A stretch of DNA of 55,156 bases, counting the filler, from Bipalium vagum (Eukaryota), in assembly GCA_037834085.1 (NCBI GenBank). It is 3 parts of 3 records of this genome, joined end to end, with 100 filler letters (N's around TTAATTAATTAA, not from the genome) between each part and the next. Parts side by side here need not be neighbours in the genome. Positions count along the whole stretch, not along the records: positions 35,010 to 55,156 come from JBBMKC010259184.1; 2 more parts are not named here. One strand, written 5' to 3'. Under the pieces are notes generated by a model that saw only the letters and a program-made list of their open reading frames with translations, searched no databases and was not told where the DNA came from. Every line of letters starts with the position of its first letter. Position 1 is the first letter of the stretch. Both the position numbers and the translations under genes were made by a program. Positions 55,083-55,156 of the stretch are shown piece by piece.

Positions 55083-55156
55083 CAGTTGAGTCTCGATATA
55101 ACGAACTCCGATATAACGAAGATCTCGATATAACGAACCTGTGTGAAACAAATGGT
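55083..55156 (+). mobile_element. Terminus of a Tigger/pogo-like element or MITE, truncated by window edge
   Basis: TA|CAGTTGAGTCTCG terminus followed by three CGATATAACGAA subterminal repeats. Confidence 0.75.

Noticed and set aside
55083-55140. Three CGATATAACGAA direct repeats (CRISPR- or iteron-like)
   Set aside because: 12-bp units with 2-5 nt spacers next to a TA|CAG terminus; typical pogo/Tigger subterminal repeats in eukaryotic DNA.

Overview
Very AT-rich (roughly 75-80% AT by eye) eukaryotic, intron-containing genomic DNA from an invertebrate animal. A flatworm-like or other spiralian source is only an inference from intron sizes, AAT microsatellites and the TE spectrum. Two 100-nt gaps (N44-TTAATTAATTAA-N44 at 17598-17697 and 34910-35009) split the window into three contigs. 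Genes reconstructed by hand from GT-AG exons: ST7 (minus, 9 exons visible, 3' end runs off the left edge), the 3' part of a PDGF/VEGF-family ligand (minus, 3 exons), TCF25/Rqc1 (minus, 5 exons, complete), an intronless FCP1/CTDP1-like CTD phosphatase lacking BRCT (plus), and an hnRNP K-like triple-KH gene (plus, 10 exons, complete). Long introns and intergenic DNA are filled with decayed transposons: mariner, Tc1, DD41D/rosa-like, maT, Tigger/pogo, MULE, Merlin, Gypsy pol fragments, Penelope-like and LINE remnants. The items most worth a second look are the intronless catalytic-domain-only FCP1 paralogue, two diverged copies of a non-coding LTR-like module (TATA box plus a CCAAT hairpin in one copy), a possible decayed TGF-beta-like gene on the strand opposite the PVF locus, a mariner carrying a second foreign TIR, and a perfect 40-bp palindrome. 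I found no clearly new biological system, and no rRNA, tRNA or CRISPR.
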